DNA of 64,000 nt from Macrostomum lignano (Eukaryota). The position numbers and the translations under genes were made by a program. The notes below the pieces were generated by a model. That model made no database searches and was not told the DNA's origin. It saw only the letters and a program-made list of their open reading frames with translations. The stretch spans positions 329,950 through 393,949 of the forward strand of contig NIVC01000102.1 of the NCBI GenBank assembly GCA_002269645.1, read 5' to 3'. Numbering within the stretch: the first letter of the stretch is position 1; each line of letters starts with the position of its first letter. Positions 49,001-63,099 of this stretch are shown in pieces.

Positions 49001-49603
49001 TTTGACGTCCTCTAGTTCTAATATGGTCCTTCCGGAGTCCTCTACTCCCCCCTATGATCCTTCTACGGTGCTAAAGCATTCACCTAATGGTTCCAGTCGA
49101 GGTTCTCTAACATTTCCAAGAAAGCACACCAGTATTTCTGCTCTCAAGGCATCGCAGTACAGAAGCAATTTGCAATGAGAAAAACATCCCAGACTGCGCA
49201 CCCACAGATGAAGGCTTGGGGCGGGGATGAGCTCAAGGCTGAGAAAGGCAGCCTGCTAATCTCTCCAGCTTTGGAGTTCCCGGAAACTTTTGCTAGATTA
49301 AAAAGATACAAACCAACCCCCTCCCTTTCCCCGGAGCACGCGGGTTCCTTTCCCCAGGGCAATTGGCACGCAAAAAATGCAGTATGCTTTTTTCTCTTAT
49401 TATCAGTCCTGCCCAACCCTCCTCCCGTGCTGCATTTTGCCGAATTCTGCCCGGAATTCTGTCAGGCAGGGTAGCGGAGTCAATTTGCTTGCCTGGCATT
49501 GACTGCTCATCGCTTGACAGCAAACAGAAAGAGAAATTGCAGTTGATAAATCTTTTGCTGCCTTTAGAGAGGATTGTTTGAGTTCTGCGTTTGTTAGCGC
49601 TGC

Positions 49604-50224
<621 letters not shown>

Positions 50225-50908
50225 GTGATTTAATCGTGTCAAAAAAGCATTGACAAAAATCGGGAAGTTCACTGCTCAGGGCAAAGTGGATCCCAGTGAC
50301 TTCCCTACCCGTGTGTCAGTCAAGTTTGCTTAGTGGGGCCGAGTCATGCAGCCTGGAAGAGTCACTCCCAGAGCTACAGAAAAGGAAAAGTGGTCGGGAA
50401 GCGCCGGTGCTTAGAAATCCTTTGCAGGAAATTCATATTTTTCGTCATTTTTCTACCCTTTTAGCTTGGAACGTGTGCCAGAGCATATTTTCCACTCTGA
50501 GCAGCAGGCAATGCAAAGTGTTTTGCAAGGCATTCCAAGGGGTAAAAATTAATGGGGAAATATGATTGACCCAATCGACTGTCCTCAAGAGTCGATCAGC
50601 TCCCTTGCCCTTCTCCTGTTGCCAACTTGTCAGCGGTTGGCAGTCAGGACCCACCGGTTTTAATTTTCAAGACTTGGAATTTCTTTTTCAACGTTTTGTT
50701 CCCTGCGCAGAATAAATAGTTGTTCAAATAAAGAAGATAGATGACAGGGGTGTGAGTGAGACGCTCCAGCATCAGGCCACGACATGCAGCTTCTCTGCTG
50801 CCAAGCCTTCATCACACTGTGTGCTCACTTTCATGTTTATCTTGCTTTCCATCTGGTTTGCTTAGAACTTAACCAATTCTTTACCTGCCTTCCTACATGA
50901 CCGCTGGT

Positions 50909-50970
<62 letters not shown>

Positions 50971-51164
50971 AGCTCCACTGCGCGTTAGCGACTGCGGGGA
51001 CTTCTTTCTAGTGCAAAGTCCATATAAATTCGATTTTCTCGCTTTGAGAAATTCTTCGATTGTTAATAAAAAGATTGGCTTTGAATTCAGTGAGTGTACA
51101 TGACTGACGGGGTGAAAGGTTGGCTGTCAGCTTGAGTTGCGACAGCGTCACAGATTACCTCTGC

Positions 51165-51600
51165 GATGTCCTTTCTCTTCTCTCCCCTCTCCTACCTGGT
51201 ATCTCTCTCCTGTCTCTCACTCTCACCTCTCCCCTCTCCCATCTCTCCACTCTCTGGTCTCTCCTCTCCAATCTCAATCCTCTCTCTCTCATCTCTCTGA
51301 TTTTCCAATCTCTCTCCTCCCATCCCTCTCCCCTCCCATCTCTCTCCTCTCCCATCTCTCTCCTGTCTCTCACTCTCCCCTCTCCACTCTCCCATCTCTC
51401 CACTCTCTGATCTTTCCTCTCCCATCTTAATCCTCTCTCACATCTCTCTCCTCTCAAATCTCAATCCTCTCTCCCCTCTCCCCTCTCTCTTCTCCCATCT
51501 CTCTCCTCTCCCATCTCTCTCTTTCCCTCTACCTCTCACCCTCTCCCTTTCACCCTCTCCCATCTCTCTCCCCTCCTTCTCTCCGTCCCCTCTCACTTTC
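51165..51600 (+). repeat. CT-rich low-complexity tract
   Basis: ctcccatctctc-type units. Confidence 0.85.
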
Positions 51601-53074
51601 TAATCCCTTCCCGATCAATTACACACCAGCCCCATTGCACTGTCAGTCTGTCTTACAGCACTCTCCAATTTCACCCCTAAAAACATTTTTCCATTCCTCA
51701 GTCGTCAGACTTATCTATATCTACCCAGCTCCCGATCCCAGCTTCCATGCAAGCTTGGCCATCTCTCTCTCTATCAGTAGGTCACTGATACGAGGCTTCT
51801 AGTTACTCTGCGCACCGCAGCCGCACTCTGGCAATCCATCTTCAATGGTTCCTTTTTATCTCCAGTCCACCGCGCCCCTAGCTATAGCATCTGCTATCTA
51901 CTGGTGGCATTTTAAACGTAGAAAAATTCATGGATTGTCAAAAATTCGTCCAGCGGAACCACACAACCAGCCAGTCAATTTGTTTTCTAGCCAAACCTGA
52001 AAAATATTCTTTTTTTTAACTTCATTTTCTCCAGCACTGGAAAATCAGATCAGGCCACTTGAGAGCTACGAAGATGTGAAGGTCAAGTTTTTAGGTTCAA
52101 TAAAAATTTTACCCCACCTAAAAGTACTTTTATGAAAACCATGCCCTCGCGAAAGTCGAGTTGGGACTAAATCTGATTTAATTTTGTATTAATTAAATCT
52201 GCAATAGTTGTTATCTTTGATTCGGAGGAATATTCTATAATTAAATTGTTTTTTTTTGTTTTGCATTAATTAAATTTGTTACCATTTTAAATTTTGTTTG
52301 TGAGGAACATTCTAGAAAGATCGTTAGTACTAAATCTGTTTTATTTTATTGTTTAAATTAAATTCTAAATTCTTTCAAAGCTAAATTATTAGGCATCTAA
52401 TGGTAGGAAGTATAGTTAAATCTGTTTTGAGTTTGTTTTAAATAAATGCGTACTTTTTTGAAACATCGTTCGGCAAATAAGCTTTAAAATATGGCACCAT
52501 ATTAATAAACAAGAAGTACTTGATAAAACAATTTAATAAAAATGGCTCTCAAGTGACTTCCTATAGAAAGCTTAGCTCATATAGATCTTAAACAGTGTTT
52601 ACCACAATCCAATTTTGGCGCGAATTTAAACATAATTTTATAACGTCACATCGACCATAAATATCTAGCATAGAAGGTTTACTTTTTATAGTGCTTGTAT
52701 GAGTATTTATACATGCAATATATCCATACTGTTTATACTGCCATGCACATACTAAATTGCCATGCCTTTAAAATAGTGGGGCCAAACTGCTAAATTACCT
52801 AATTACCCCCCCCCGCCAGCTAATTGCTACGGTCGAGCCAAATTAGCCGCAAAAAGGAAGGAAAGCTCTCACAATGCCTGCTGACTGCTTTAAGGATGTG
52901 ACAGTTAACCGACCACCCCCCCCCATCCCCTAGAGACTAATAATAAGCCATCGCTAGGGCGAAATTACATATTATATCCTTCTGCAAATCATCTTCTGCT
53001 TTTTGCTAACGTCACTGACTGCCTGTCTTTCTATTTTAGACCTCTTTATCTAAGCTCTGATTTGGCTCTTTTCT

Positions 53075-54296
53075 AGCCTCTACCTGTCTTCGCCCTCTTC
53101 TCTACCTGTCTTCGCCCTCTTCTCTACCTGTCTTCGCCCTCTTCTCTACCTGTCTTCGCCTTCTTCTCCACCTGTCTTCGCCTTCTTCTCTACGTGTCTT
53201 CGCCTTCTTCTCTACCTGTCTTCGCCCTCTTCTCTACCTGTCTTCGCCCTCTTCTCTACCTGTCTTCGCCCTCTTCTCTACCTGTCTTCGCCTTCTTCTC
53301 TACCTGTCTTCGCCCTCTTCTCTACCTGTCTTCGCCTTCTTCTCTACCTGTCTTCGCCCTCTTCTCTACCTGTCTTCGCCTTCTTCTCTACCTGTCTTTT
53401 CCTTCTTCTCTACCTGTCTTCGCCTTCTTCTCTACCTGTCTTCGCCTTCTTCTCTACCTGTCTTCGCCTTCTTCTCTACCTGTCTTCGCCCCCTTCTCTA
53501 CCTGTCTTTTCCTTCTTCTCTACGTGTCTTCGCCTTCTTCTCTACGTGTCTTCGCCTTCTTCTCTACCTGTCTTCGCCCTCTTCTCTACCTGTCTTCGCC
53601 TTCTTCTCTACCTGTCTTCGCCTTCTTCTCTACCTGTCTTCGCCTTCTTCTCTACCTGTCTTCGCCTTCTTCTCTACCTGTCTTCGCCCCCTTCTCTACC
53701 TGTCTTTTCCTTCTTCTCTACCTGCCTTCGCCTTCTTTTCTACCTGTCTTCGCCTTCTTCTCTACCTGTCTTCGCCTTCTTCTCTACCTGTCTTCGCCCC
53801 CTTCTCTACCTGTCTTTTCCTTCTTCTCTACCTGTCTTCGCCTTCTTCTCTACCTGTCTTCGCCCCCTTCTCTACCTGTCTTTTCCTTCTTCTCTACCTG
53901 CCTTCGCCTTCTTTTCTACCAGTCTTCGCCTTCTTCTCTACCTGTCTTCGCCTTCTTCTCTACCTGTCTTCGCCTTCTTCTCTACCTGTCTTCGCCTTCT
54001 TCTCTACCTGTCTTCGCCCCCTTCTCTACCTGTCTTTTCCTTCTTCTCTACGTGTCTTCGCCTTCTTCTCTACGTGTCTTCGCCTTCTTCTCTACGTGTC
54101 TTCTCCCTCTTCTCTACCAGTCTTCGCCCTCTTCTCTACCGGTCTTTGCCCTCTTCTCTACCTGTCTTCGCCCTCTTCTCTACCTGTCTTCGCCCTCTTC
54201 TCTACCGGTCTTCGCCCTCTTCTCTACGTGTCTTCGCCTTCTTCTCTACGTGTCTTCGCCTTCTTCTCTACCTGTCTTCGCCTTCTTCTCTACCTG
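53075..54296 (+). repeat. 22-bp minisatellite, about 1.2 kb
   Basis: Unit tctacctgtcttcgcc(c/t)tcttc. Confidence 0.96.
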
Positions 54297-55242
54297 CAGG
54301 CACGCACGCATAGACACGCTCACACGGGTGCACAGCGGCTCCTGACTTTCTAATCGTCCGGCATGTACACTTTCTGTGCCATGGGGGTTCACCCAAGGGT
54401 GTGCGTGTGAATCGCACGACAACCCACTTGGTCGATTTTCGAGTGCACCGAAATCCCAGTGCACCCAAAGGGTCACCCACCGACCATGCGTTCTTTTATC
54501 AAATTGTCCATACGAAAATTAAATCATAAATTGTTAATGACAACCTTCACATGCCTCTCTTCCACGTAGCTATATATTTTTTATCTTCACCGGGTTATAG
54601 CTTTAGCCGCAAACGGTACGCCATTTAAATCGAATCTACTAATCAAATCATATCGAGCTCTCGTTGACTGCCAAACCCCGTTCAAAATTACCGATTAAGC
54701 TGTCAAGAATGACTTCAAACACACGCGAGGCTAGCTACACAGCTCACCCTCTACCCTCCATGCCCTCCCCCCAGGGGTAACCCAGCCAGGAGACATGCTG
54801 TCTACTTCTCCCTTCCTGTGACTGACCCACGTCTTGGCCTGGCAGAAAAATCCCCGCGTCTCTCCGCGGGCAATTGAAGATAAAAGGGCATTTTGGTAAT
54901 CGCACTAAGCATACAAGAATGATATTTCTTGCATGTTGCCTCAACTACTAAAACTACATGTTAGCTACGGCCGCTTTTGAGACGCCAAATGGCTGGATGT
55001 GAAATACAGAATTAGAAACGAGTTGATTGACTGATTGATCGATCGGATACACATAGGGAGAACAGGGCGCCCCGCCCAGAAAATTGATCCTTTGTCATTT
55101 TCAAATAATTTTGTCATTTTCTTTTGACCATCGCATGCATGTCAGTGTCGATTAGTGCTTATTTGATAAGAATAATTAATAATCTTTTTATTAGAGATTT
55201 GTCTCCTAGGACAATTCTTTGACGGGGAAAAATACTTTTGCA

Positions 55243-55560
55243 AATTCCAGATTGCAGATCCCAGATTGCAGATCCCAGATTGCAGATCCCAGATTGCAGA
55301 TCCCAGATTGCAGATCCCAGATTGCAGATCCCAGATTGCAGATCCCAGATTGCAGATCCCAGATTGCAGATCCCAGATTGCAGATCCCAGATTGCAGATC
55401 CCAGATTGCAGATCCCAGATTGCAGATCCCAGATTGCAGATCCCAGATTGCAGATCCCAGATTGCAGATCCCAGATTGCAGATCCCAGATTGCAGATCCC
55501 AGATTGCAGATCCCAGATTGCAGATCCCAGATTGCAGATCCCAGATTGCAGATCCCAGAT
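55243..55560 (+). repeat. Perfect 14-bp minisatellite just downstream of the cassette C donor
   Basis: Unit cagatcccagattg, about 22 copies. Confidence 0.97.
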
Positions 55561-55636
55561 TTTGTGCTTAAACTTCGAGCCTCATCTCAAAGAATCCCAA
55601 GAAGGCATGTCTGCCGGCAACCGCCTCCCCACTCAC

Positions 55637-56405
55637 CAGCCAGTTTATTCCCAACTCTTTCCAGCAGGATCTTCCGGTACAGCTCGTCCGTAATGTTCAG
55701 CTTCAAGTCTTCATCAATTTGAGAATCCAGCGTCATTGACTCGTACATGTAGGACATGTTTTGCTTGAAATTGAATTCAAAGACTTTCTCTACGAACTGG
55801 CATTGGAACAGGTCTAGGAAGTAGCTGGGTCTGCCGTCAGTAGCCACGACACTTTTTCGTCGATTGATGAAGAATAGCCGCTTCCAGCCTCCCAGGTTGG
55901 TCATGACTGACTGCATCGTGTCGAAGATGCCTTTGCCCGTGGTGCCAACCCTGATCAAGTCGTACCTGTCGAGGCTGCCAGACAGGGCACCGGTGGAGAT
56001 GAAAGTGTCGATGCTGTGCTTGTAGTACAGAAACACATTGTTGATGGAATATGAGCACAGCAAGCCAGTGATGAGGCGCGGCTGCACTCCAGTTGAGGAC
56101 TCGTGCTGCTTGCACTTCAGGGCCATCAGCTCCCTGATTGAAGCCACGTGTTCGCAAGGGAAGTCCTCCGGCTGCTTGACCAGCTGGATTGAGTGGCCGA
56201 GAGCTTGAAGAACAGCGGGATGCTGCATTGCAACATCGAATGTAGCCTGCAGCAGTTCGAGCGGACTGACCACTTGGTGACCAACTGAGTTGTACTTTGT
56301 CGCCAACAGCAGGACCGTGATGTTTTTCTTTGTTGAAGCGGTGACAGCGGCGGACAGACACAGGCACAAAAGCAAGATTGCTGCGGCGCTTTTAGAAGCA
56401 AGCAT
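55637..56405 (-). CDS. rGC variable cassette C, single 769-nt exon (256 aa + 1 nt)
   Basis: Signal peptide MLASKSAAAILLLCLCLSAAVTA; NITVLLL...FDVAM...PCEH...ITGLLCSY...FISTGA...DLIRVG...GGWKRLFFI...FQCQF...RVGNKLA; phase-1 GTGAGT donor at 55636. Confidence 0.85.
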
Positions 56406-56593
56406 TGCGCTTAGCGATACTGTCTGTAGTTTTTGAATTTCTTAGATGCTTTCGGGAGACAACTACCAGCCGTATGCAGCATTATACACGACAGAAGTGT
56501 TTCAGCCTATTGATAACGTGTTTCGCTGCATTTTATGGAGTTGGTAAGAGAGAAGAGGAGAGAGGAGGCAGAGGCAGAGGCAGAGGCGCTGAC

Positions 56594-56605
56594 TGATTGG
56601 CTGTG
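56594..56605 (-). promoter_or_regulatory. CCAAT box upstream of cassette C
   Basis: Sense CACAGCCAATCA about 189 bp upstream of the ATG. Confidence 0.55.
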
Positions 56606-56769
56606 GTTGGTGTTGCTGGCAAGAAGAGAGAAAGAGAATCGTGGGAATGGCGCGGGTCTCCTTGGGGTTGGGAAACGCCCTTAAGCCATGGCTTTGGTTG
56701 GTTTGAACTGATTTCTTTAAACAAATTTTGTCTCATTTTAAAACAGATTAAAAATGATCTTAATATGGC

Positions 56770-57960
56770 GCCCACCGAGAGACAGGGGCGCCCAACAAGA
56801 GACAGGGGCGCCCAACAAGAGACAGGGGCGCCCAACAAGAGACAGGGGCGCCCAACAAGAGACAGGGGCGCCCAACAAGAGACAGGGGCGCCCAACAAGA
56901 GACAGGGGCGCCCAACAAGAGACAGGGGCGCCCAACAAGAGACAGGGGCGCCCAACAAGAGACAGGGGCGCCCAACAAGAGACAGGGGCGCCCAACAAGA
57001 GACAGGGGCGCCCAACAAGAGACAGGGGCGCCCAACAAGAGACAGGGGCGCCCAACAAGAGAGTAGAGACAGGGACGCCCAACAAGAGACAGGGGCGCCC
57101 AACAAGAGACAGGGGCGCCCAACAAGAGACAGGGGCGCCCAACAAGAGACAGGAGCGCCCAACAAGAAACAGGGGCGCCCAACAAGAGACAGAGGCGCCC
57201 AACAAGAGACAGGGGCGCCCAACAAGAGACAGGGGCGCCCAACAAGAAACAGGGGCGCCCAACAAGAGACAGGGGCGCCCAACAAGAGACAGGGGCGCCC
57301 AACAAGAGACAGGGGCGCCCAACAAGAGACAGGGACGCCCAACAAGAGACAGGGGCGCCCAACAAGAGACAGGGGCGCCCAACAAGAGACAGGGACGCCC
57401 AACAAGAGACAGGGGCGCCCAACAAGAGACAGGGGCGCCCAACAAGAGACAGGGGCGCCCAACAAGAGACAGGGGGCCCAACAAGAGAGTAGAGACAGGG
57501 ACGCCCAACAAGAGACAGGGACGCCCAATAAGAGACAGGGGCGCCCAACAAGAGACAGGGGCGCCCAACAAGAGACAGGGGCGCCCAACAAGAGACAGGG
57601 GCGCCCAACAAGAGACAGGGGCGCCCACCAAGAGACAGGGGCGCAAACTAAGAGACAGGGGTGCTAACCAAAAGATAAGGGCGCCAACTAAGAGACAGGG
57701 GCGCCAACCAAAAGATAGGGGCGCCAACTAAGAGACAGGGGTGCCAACCAAAAGATAAGGGCGCCAACTAAGAGACAGTGGTGCCAACTAAGAGACAGGG
57801 GCGCCAACTAAGAGACAGGGGCGCCAACCAAAAGATAAGGGCGCCAACTAAGAGACAGTGGCGCCCACTAAGAGACAGTGGTGCCAACTAAGAGACAGGG
57901 GCACCTTTCATAAAGACAGAGGCGCCTAACAAGAGACAGGGGTGCCCAAGAAAAGGTAGA
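56770..57960 (+). repeat. 20-bp minisatellite, about 1.2 kb
   Basis: Unit gacaggggcgcccaacaaga. Confidence 0.96.
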
Positions 57961-58164
57961 GGCACCCAACAAGGTCATAAAACTGCATTAAAGACCCATT
58001 TCATGAGTCGGGGGCACCTCATCGGGAGACAATTTGAATTAATTAATTTGTCAAAATGAATCGCTAATGCTGCAATTAAATAAGAGTTTTAAATAAAACC
58101 AACAGTATAGAACGACCCAAAGGTCACAAATAAAATGGTGTTTTAACTTAAATAGGGCAACTAG

Positions 58165-59450
58165 TAGTGTCCTAATGGGGCCTCTAATAGCGCCCTAATA
58201 GCGCCCTAATAGCGCACCTAATAGCGCCGTAATTGTGCCAATAATAGAATCCCTAATAGTGCACCTAAAAGCTCTCTATGGTTTCCCTAATAGCGACCCT
58301 AATAGTCCCATAATAGCGCCTTAATGGTGCCCAAAAGCTACCTAATAGCAACCCAATAGCGTCCTAATAGCGCTCCTAATAGCACCCTAATAGCGTCTCT
58401 AATAGTGCCCCTAATAGCACTCTAATAGTGCCCATAATAGCATCCCTAATAGTGCATCTAAAAGCTCTCTATGTTTTCCCTAATAGCGACCCTAATAGTC
58501 CCATAATAGCGCCTTAATGCTGCCCAAAAGCTACCTAATAGCACCCTAATAGCGCCCTAATAGCGCCCTAATAGCACACCTAATAGCGCCGTAATTGTGC
58601 CTATAATAGCATCCCTAATAGTGCACCTAAAAGCTCTCTATGGTTTCCCTAATAGCGACCCTAATAGTCCCATAATAGCACTAGCTACTTGCTGTCTCGT
58701 GGATGCTTGCTCTCGAGGGGGGATACTTGCTATTTGGGAGAGGGGGTACTGGCTACATGCATGGGATTCTTTCGATCCAGGGATGCTTGCTATTCAGGGA
58801 TTCTTGCTATCTGCAGGATGCTTGCTATTTAGGGATTCTTGCTATCTGCAGGATGCTTGCTATCTGGGTGGATGCTTCTATAATATCTGGGGGGTGCTTG
58901 CTATCTGCAGAATGCTTCTATAATATCTGGGGGGTGCTTGCTATCTGGGTGGATGCTTCTATAATATCTGGGGGGTGCTTGCTAATCTGCAGATGCTTGC
59001 TATCTGTGGTGATTCTTGCTATGAGCATTAGAGGATGCTTGCTATCTGCGATTGTTCACTTTTGGAGGGGGTTGCTTGCTGTCTTGGGAATATTTTCTAT
59101 TTAGGGAAACGATATTTTGTTGACTGTTTGTTAATTTTAGAGAAAAAGTGATTTTTTAATTTTGCAAACATCTTAGTCCGTGACAATTTTACACGAATAA
59201 GGTGATTTTTAAAATGTGAAGAAGGAATTGGTGTTTAAGAAAATGTGTTTTTTTATTGTTTTCCATGAACTATTTTTGCTCCTTTCTTATTGGGCGCCCC
59301 GAAGGGGGGCCGCACTAGATTGCTAGTAGCGTCCTAATAGCGCTCCTAATAGCACCCTAATAGCGTCTCTAATAGTGCACCTAATAGCGCCATAATAGCA
59401 TCCCTAATAATGCACCTAATAGCGCCCCAAATAAGCTCGCAGCAACCTAA
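58165..59450 (+). repeat. Degenerate ~11-bp (taatagcgccc) arrays at 58165-58680 and 59325-59450 with a ~17-bp (ggatgcttgctatctg) array between them
   Basis: Direct reading; a block of about 200 bp is duplicated within 58190-58680. Confidence 0.8.
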
Positions 59451-60284
59451 TAGAGCCCAGCTTTTATCCAGAAAAGTATTAGGTCTCAGGAAATAACCAT
59501 CCGCACAGAAGACAGGCAGACAGAAGAGATGGCGACAGGAACAAGAAGCTGTTGTGTTTTTTTGCCGCCTCAGCCAGGCAGGTAGACAGGCATGAAATGA
59601 AATTCAAAAATCGTGACGCGGAATGATTATTTTCATAATTATCAAGCCAGCCGAAATTCGGCATGCTGTACTGGAAGCATTTCACTTTAGCATGCATTGC
59701 ACTGAGCATTCCCCAGAGTCCTCAGAGCAATGCCAGTTGCTGGGGCAGTGCAGCGCAGCGCCCATACTTGAGTCAACAAGCCAGGAGCTTAAACTGCAGC
59801 TTATTCATTAAAAAAGGTGCGGGGGCAGCAATGACTGGCTTGTTTGCTAAGCGCTGCAAAATCTCGCTGAGGCAGACAGACTAAGCGGGCAGACATTCAG
59901 AAGGCCGCTGCTTTTTTCGGCTGGGGTCCGACAAGCGGAATTGTAAAATTCTCAATAATGCCTCAACAATGCTTTCAAAATTTTTAACTTAGCAATACCC
60001 CTTAATAGATTTATGCTACTATTTGCTTTTCAGTTACTGTAAGTAGTGTTTTTTAGCCAGACGAAAAGCATAAAAAATCGTTAAAAAATTTTCCCCAATC
60101 AAATTCGATTTGCAATTTGTCTACTGTTTAGAAGTAGGATAATTAGCATATTTATCATAAGATTATGTGTGGAAGATTTGCTAAATTGCATCTACAGGAA
60201 GCCTCCGAATTCACAAGTGCATGCGTGTAATGTTTTATACGTTCAATTCATGGTCCTACTCATTAAAAATCGGCTACCTGTTAG

Positions 60285-61108
60285 ATATTGTACACCCGTA
60301 AGATACTGTACGGTACATCCGTTAGATATTGTATATCCGTTAGATACTGTAGATGTGTTAGATACGGTAGATCTGTTAGATACTGAAGAGCTGTTAGATA
60401 CTGTAGAACTGTTGGATATTGTAGATATGTTAGATATTGTGGATGTGTTAGATACAGTAGATTTGTTAGATACAGTAGATGTGTTAAATATTGTAGAACT
60501 GTTCGACACACCGCAAAATCCTGTTAGACACACTGGAAACCCTGTTAGACACTGTACACCCTGTTAGACACACTGTAAACCCTTTTAGACACACTGTAAA
60601 CCCTGTTAGATACTGTACACCCTGTTGGACACACTGTAAACCCTGTTAGACACACTGGAAACCCTGTTAGACACACTGTAAACCCTGTTAGACACGCTTT
60701 AAACCCCGTTAGATACACTTTAAAATACTGTTAGACACACTGGAAACCCTGTTAGATACACTTTAAAAAGCTGTTAAACACACTGTACACCCCGTTAGAC
60801 ACACTGTAAACCCTGTTAGATACACCGTAAACTCAGTTAGACACACTGTAAACCCTGTTAGATACACTTTAAAAAGCTGTTAGACGCACTGGAAACTCTG
60901 TTAGACACACTGTACACCCTGTTAGACACACTGTAAAACCTGTTAGACACACTGTAAACCCTGTTAGACACACTGTACACCCTGTTAGACACACTGTAAA
61001 ACCTGTTAGACACACTGTAAACCCTGTTAGACACACTGTACACCCTGTTAGACACACTGTAAAACCTGTTAGACACACTGTAAACCCTGTTAGACACACT
61101 GTACACTC
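60285..61108 (+). repeat. 18-bp array grading into a 21-bp minisatellite that begins inside the cassette D donor
   Basis: Units gttagatactgtagatgt and ctgttagacacactgtaaacc. Confidence 0.93.
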
Positions 61109-61110
61109 AC

Positions 61111-61529
61111 AGGCCTTCCCAGTGCCAACTTTCCTGGTCAGCACATCCTCCCAGCTCAGCGAGCCAGCCAACTCGAACACGCAGTCGATGCCGTACAGGG
61201 CACCGGATATCCTGGTGCACCAGTTCATGAGCGCCTGGCCCAAGCCTCTCAAACTGGGGATGTCATCTGACGGCTGGTAGGCCACCTCTCTGAACACAAA
61301 GGTCACCCGCCGCCAGCTGTTGTCCCTCATGAACACTCGAATGATGTCTGGCAGCACCTCCATTCGAAACGGGGTCACCCGGATCATTCTGGTGCCCTGT
61401 CTGTCGTGAAAGACGTCTCGCACGGCTCCCGGCGTGACTTCCGGTATCCGATTGTGAAATGTGAACGGGATGAACTGCGTGATTGCGTAATCAGTCACCG
61501 GTCCGAAAAATGCGTGAATGCAGAGCTGC
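61111..61529 (-). CDS. rGC variable cassette D, internal exon (first exon not located)
   Basis: CCGCAG acceptor (phase 2); QLCIHAFFGPVTDYAITQF...EVTPGA...MIRVTP...DNSWRRVTFVF...NWCTRI...KVGTGKA; phase-1 GTGAGT donor at 61110. Confidence 0.82.
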
Positions 61530-61611
61530 CTGCGGATGGGAGAATTTGGGATTGATGTTTTTGTTTTTAGCTAATTCACCTTTTCGGATTCTGAAATCGG
61601 TAGATGTTTGA

Positions 61612-62005
61612 GATTCTGAAAATTCAGGATTCTGAGATATTCGGGATTCTGAGAAATTCGGGTTTCTGAGAAATTCGGGATTCTGAGAAATTCGGGATTC
61701 TGAGAAATTCGGGGTTCTGAGAAATTCGGGATTCTGAGAAATTCAGGATACTGAGAAATTCGGGATTCAGAGAAATTTGGGATTAAGAAAAATTCGGGAT
61801 TCTGAGAAATTCGGGATTCTGAGAAATTCGGGATTCTGAGAAATTCGGGATTCTGGGAAATTCGGGATTCTGAGAAATTCGGGATTCTGAGAAATTCGGG
61901 ATTCTGAGAAATTCGGGATTCTGAGAAATTCGGGATTCTGGGAAATTCGGGATTCCGAGAAATTCGGGATTCTGAGAAATTCGGGATTCTGAGAAGTTCG
62001 GGATT
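61612..62005 (+). repeat. 17-bp minisatellite upstream of the cassette D acceptor
   Basis: Unit gggattctgagaaattc. Confidence 0.95.
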
Positions 62006-62700
62006 CTTGCGGGATTCGAGCATCTTTGACGTAAAAATGTCAGCGGACAGCGGAGAACCGGGGAAAATGTCCCAATCTCTTATGTTGGCAACAAAAGATA
62101 TGCTCAACTCTGTAGGGAATTCAGATATAAAAATGCACGATGTGGCTACAGCCGAGGCCTACGTGATGTTTGGGACAAAAGAGAAGCAAGGGATGTTGAC
62201 CGGTTCCTGGGGGATTTTCTTTAGCAAAAAACCATGATGTTTCTCGATGAAAAGCCATGCAGGATGCTCCCTCCGGGGGGGGAGGGGCTGCATGGCCCTC
62301 AGGGTTCTCCGCATGCAGCATCGTTGCTGCCCCACCCACCCACCCCCCCCCCTACTCAAATTCTCTCGGTTCCAGGAAACAGAAAAATCCACTGGCAAAC
62401 ACGGGGTTGAAAACGCCGAGTATTCTTCTAGCAGTGGCGCCTCTGCCTTCTTGAATTGATTAGATCCGTTAAATCTACTTGAATTTGATAACGACAAATC
62501 AAATCTTCTATTTTGGTGCCAATTTAAACTGCTATAGTTGGCACTCAATTAAACAAATTTTTGACGCCAAATTAAATAATATTTGGGCTCGTAATTTTAC
62601 CGTAAGTTAAACAAATGTTTTGGCGCCAAAATAAATTTAATATTTTGGGGTTTAATTTATACCTAGTAATAGTTATAGGTAATATACCTAGAAATACCTA

Positions 62701-63099
62701 GTGAAAAAGCACCTCAAGATACACAGAGAAAGAGAACTTAGCCAAAAGCTAGAGAATCAGCAACATATTAAACTCTACAAAAACGCCTATCTCTACAAAA
62801 AAATCTGCAGGCCCGACCTTTCAGATTTCTTTCCATGTACATTTAGAAACAAAAAATTCTTAACAACCCTCCTAAAACTGAAATGCGAGATTACACCCAA
62901 CTTTTTTTCTCAAGAACCATGTAAAATGTGTGGAGCGCGAAATGGTTCTGACATTCTACACTACTTGACCGAATGTCCACAAACTGAAGAGATCAGGAAA
63001 AAATACTTCTGTCAATACCTCTTAAATAGCAATCAAATACACAAGATAGGATATGCTACAAATGAAAAGAGTCAGAAAAGAACTCACTGGTGTACCTAA
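62701..63099 (+). mobile_element. 5'-truncated LINE fragment (ORF2 C-terminal zinc-binding region)
   Basis: CKMCGARNGSDILHYLTECPQTEEIRKKY matches the CxxC...HxLxxC...R motif at the end of non-LTR ORF2 proteins. Confidence 0.6.

Noticed and set aside
53194-57731. ORFs within the 22-bp, 14-bp and 20-bp arrays
   Set aside because: Repeat artefacts; only 55637-56405 is protein-like.
62007-62548. Candidate first exon for cassette D using the phase-2 GTAGGC near 62160
   Set aside because: Frame has no signal peptide or N-terminal strand motif, and no CCAAT box upstream.
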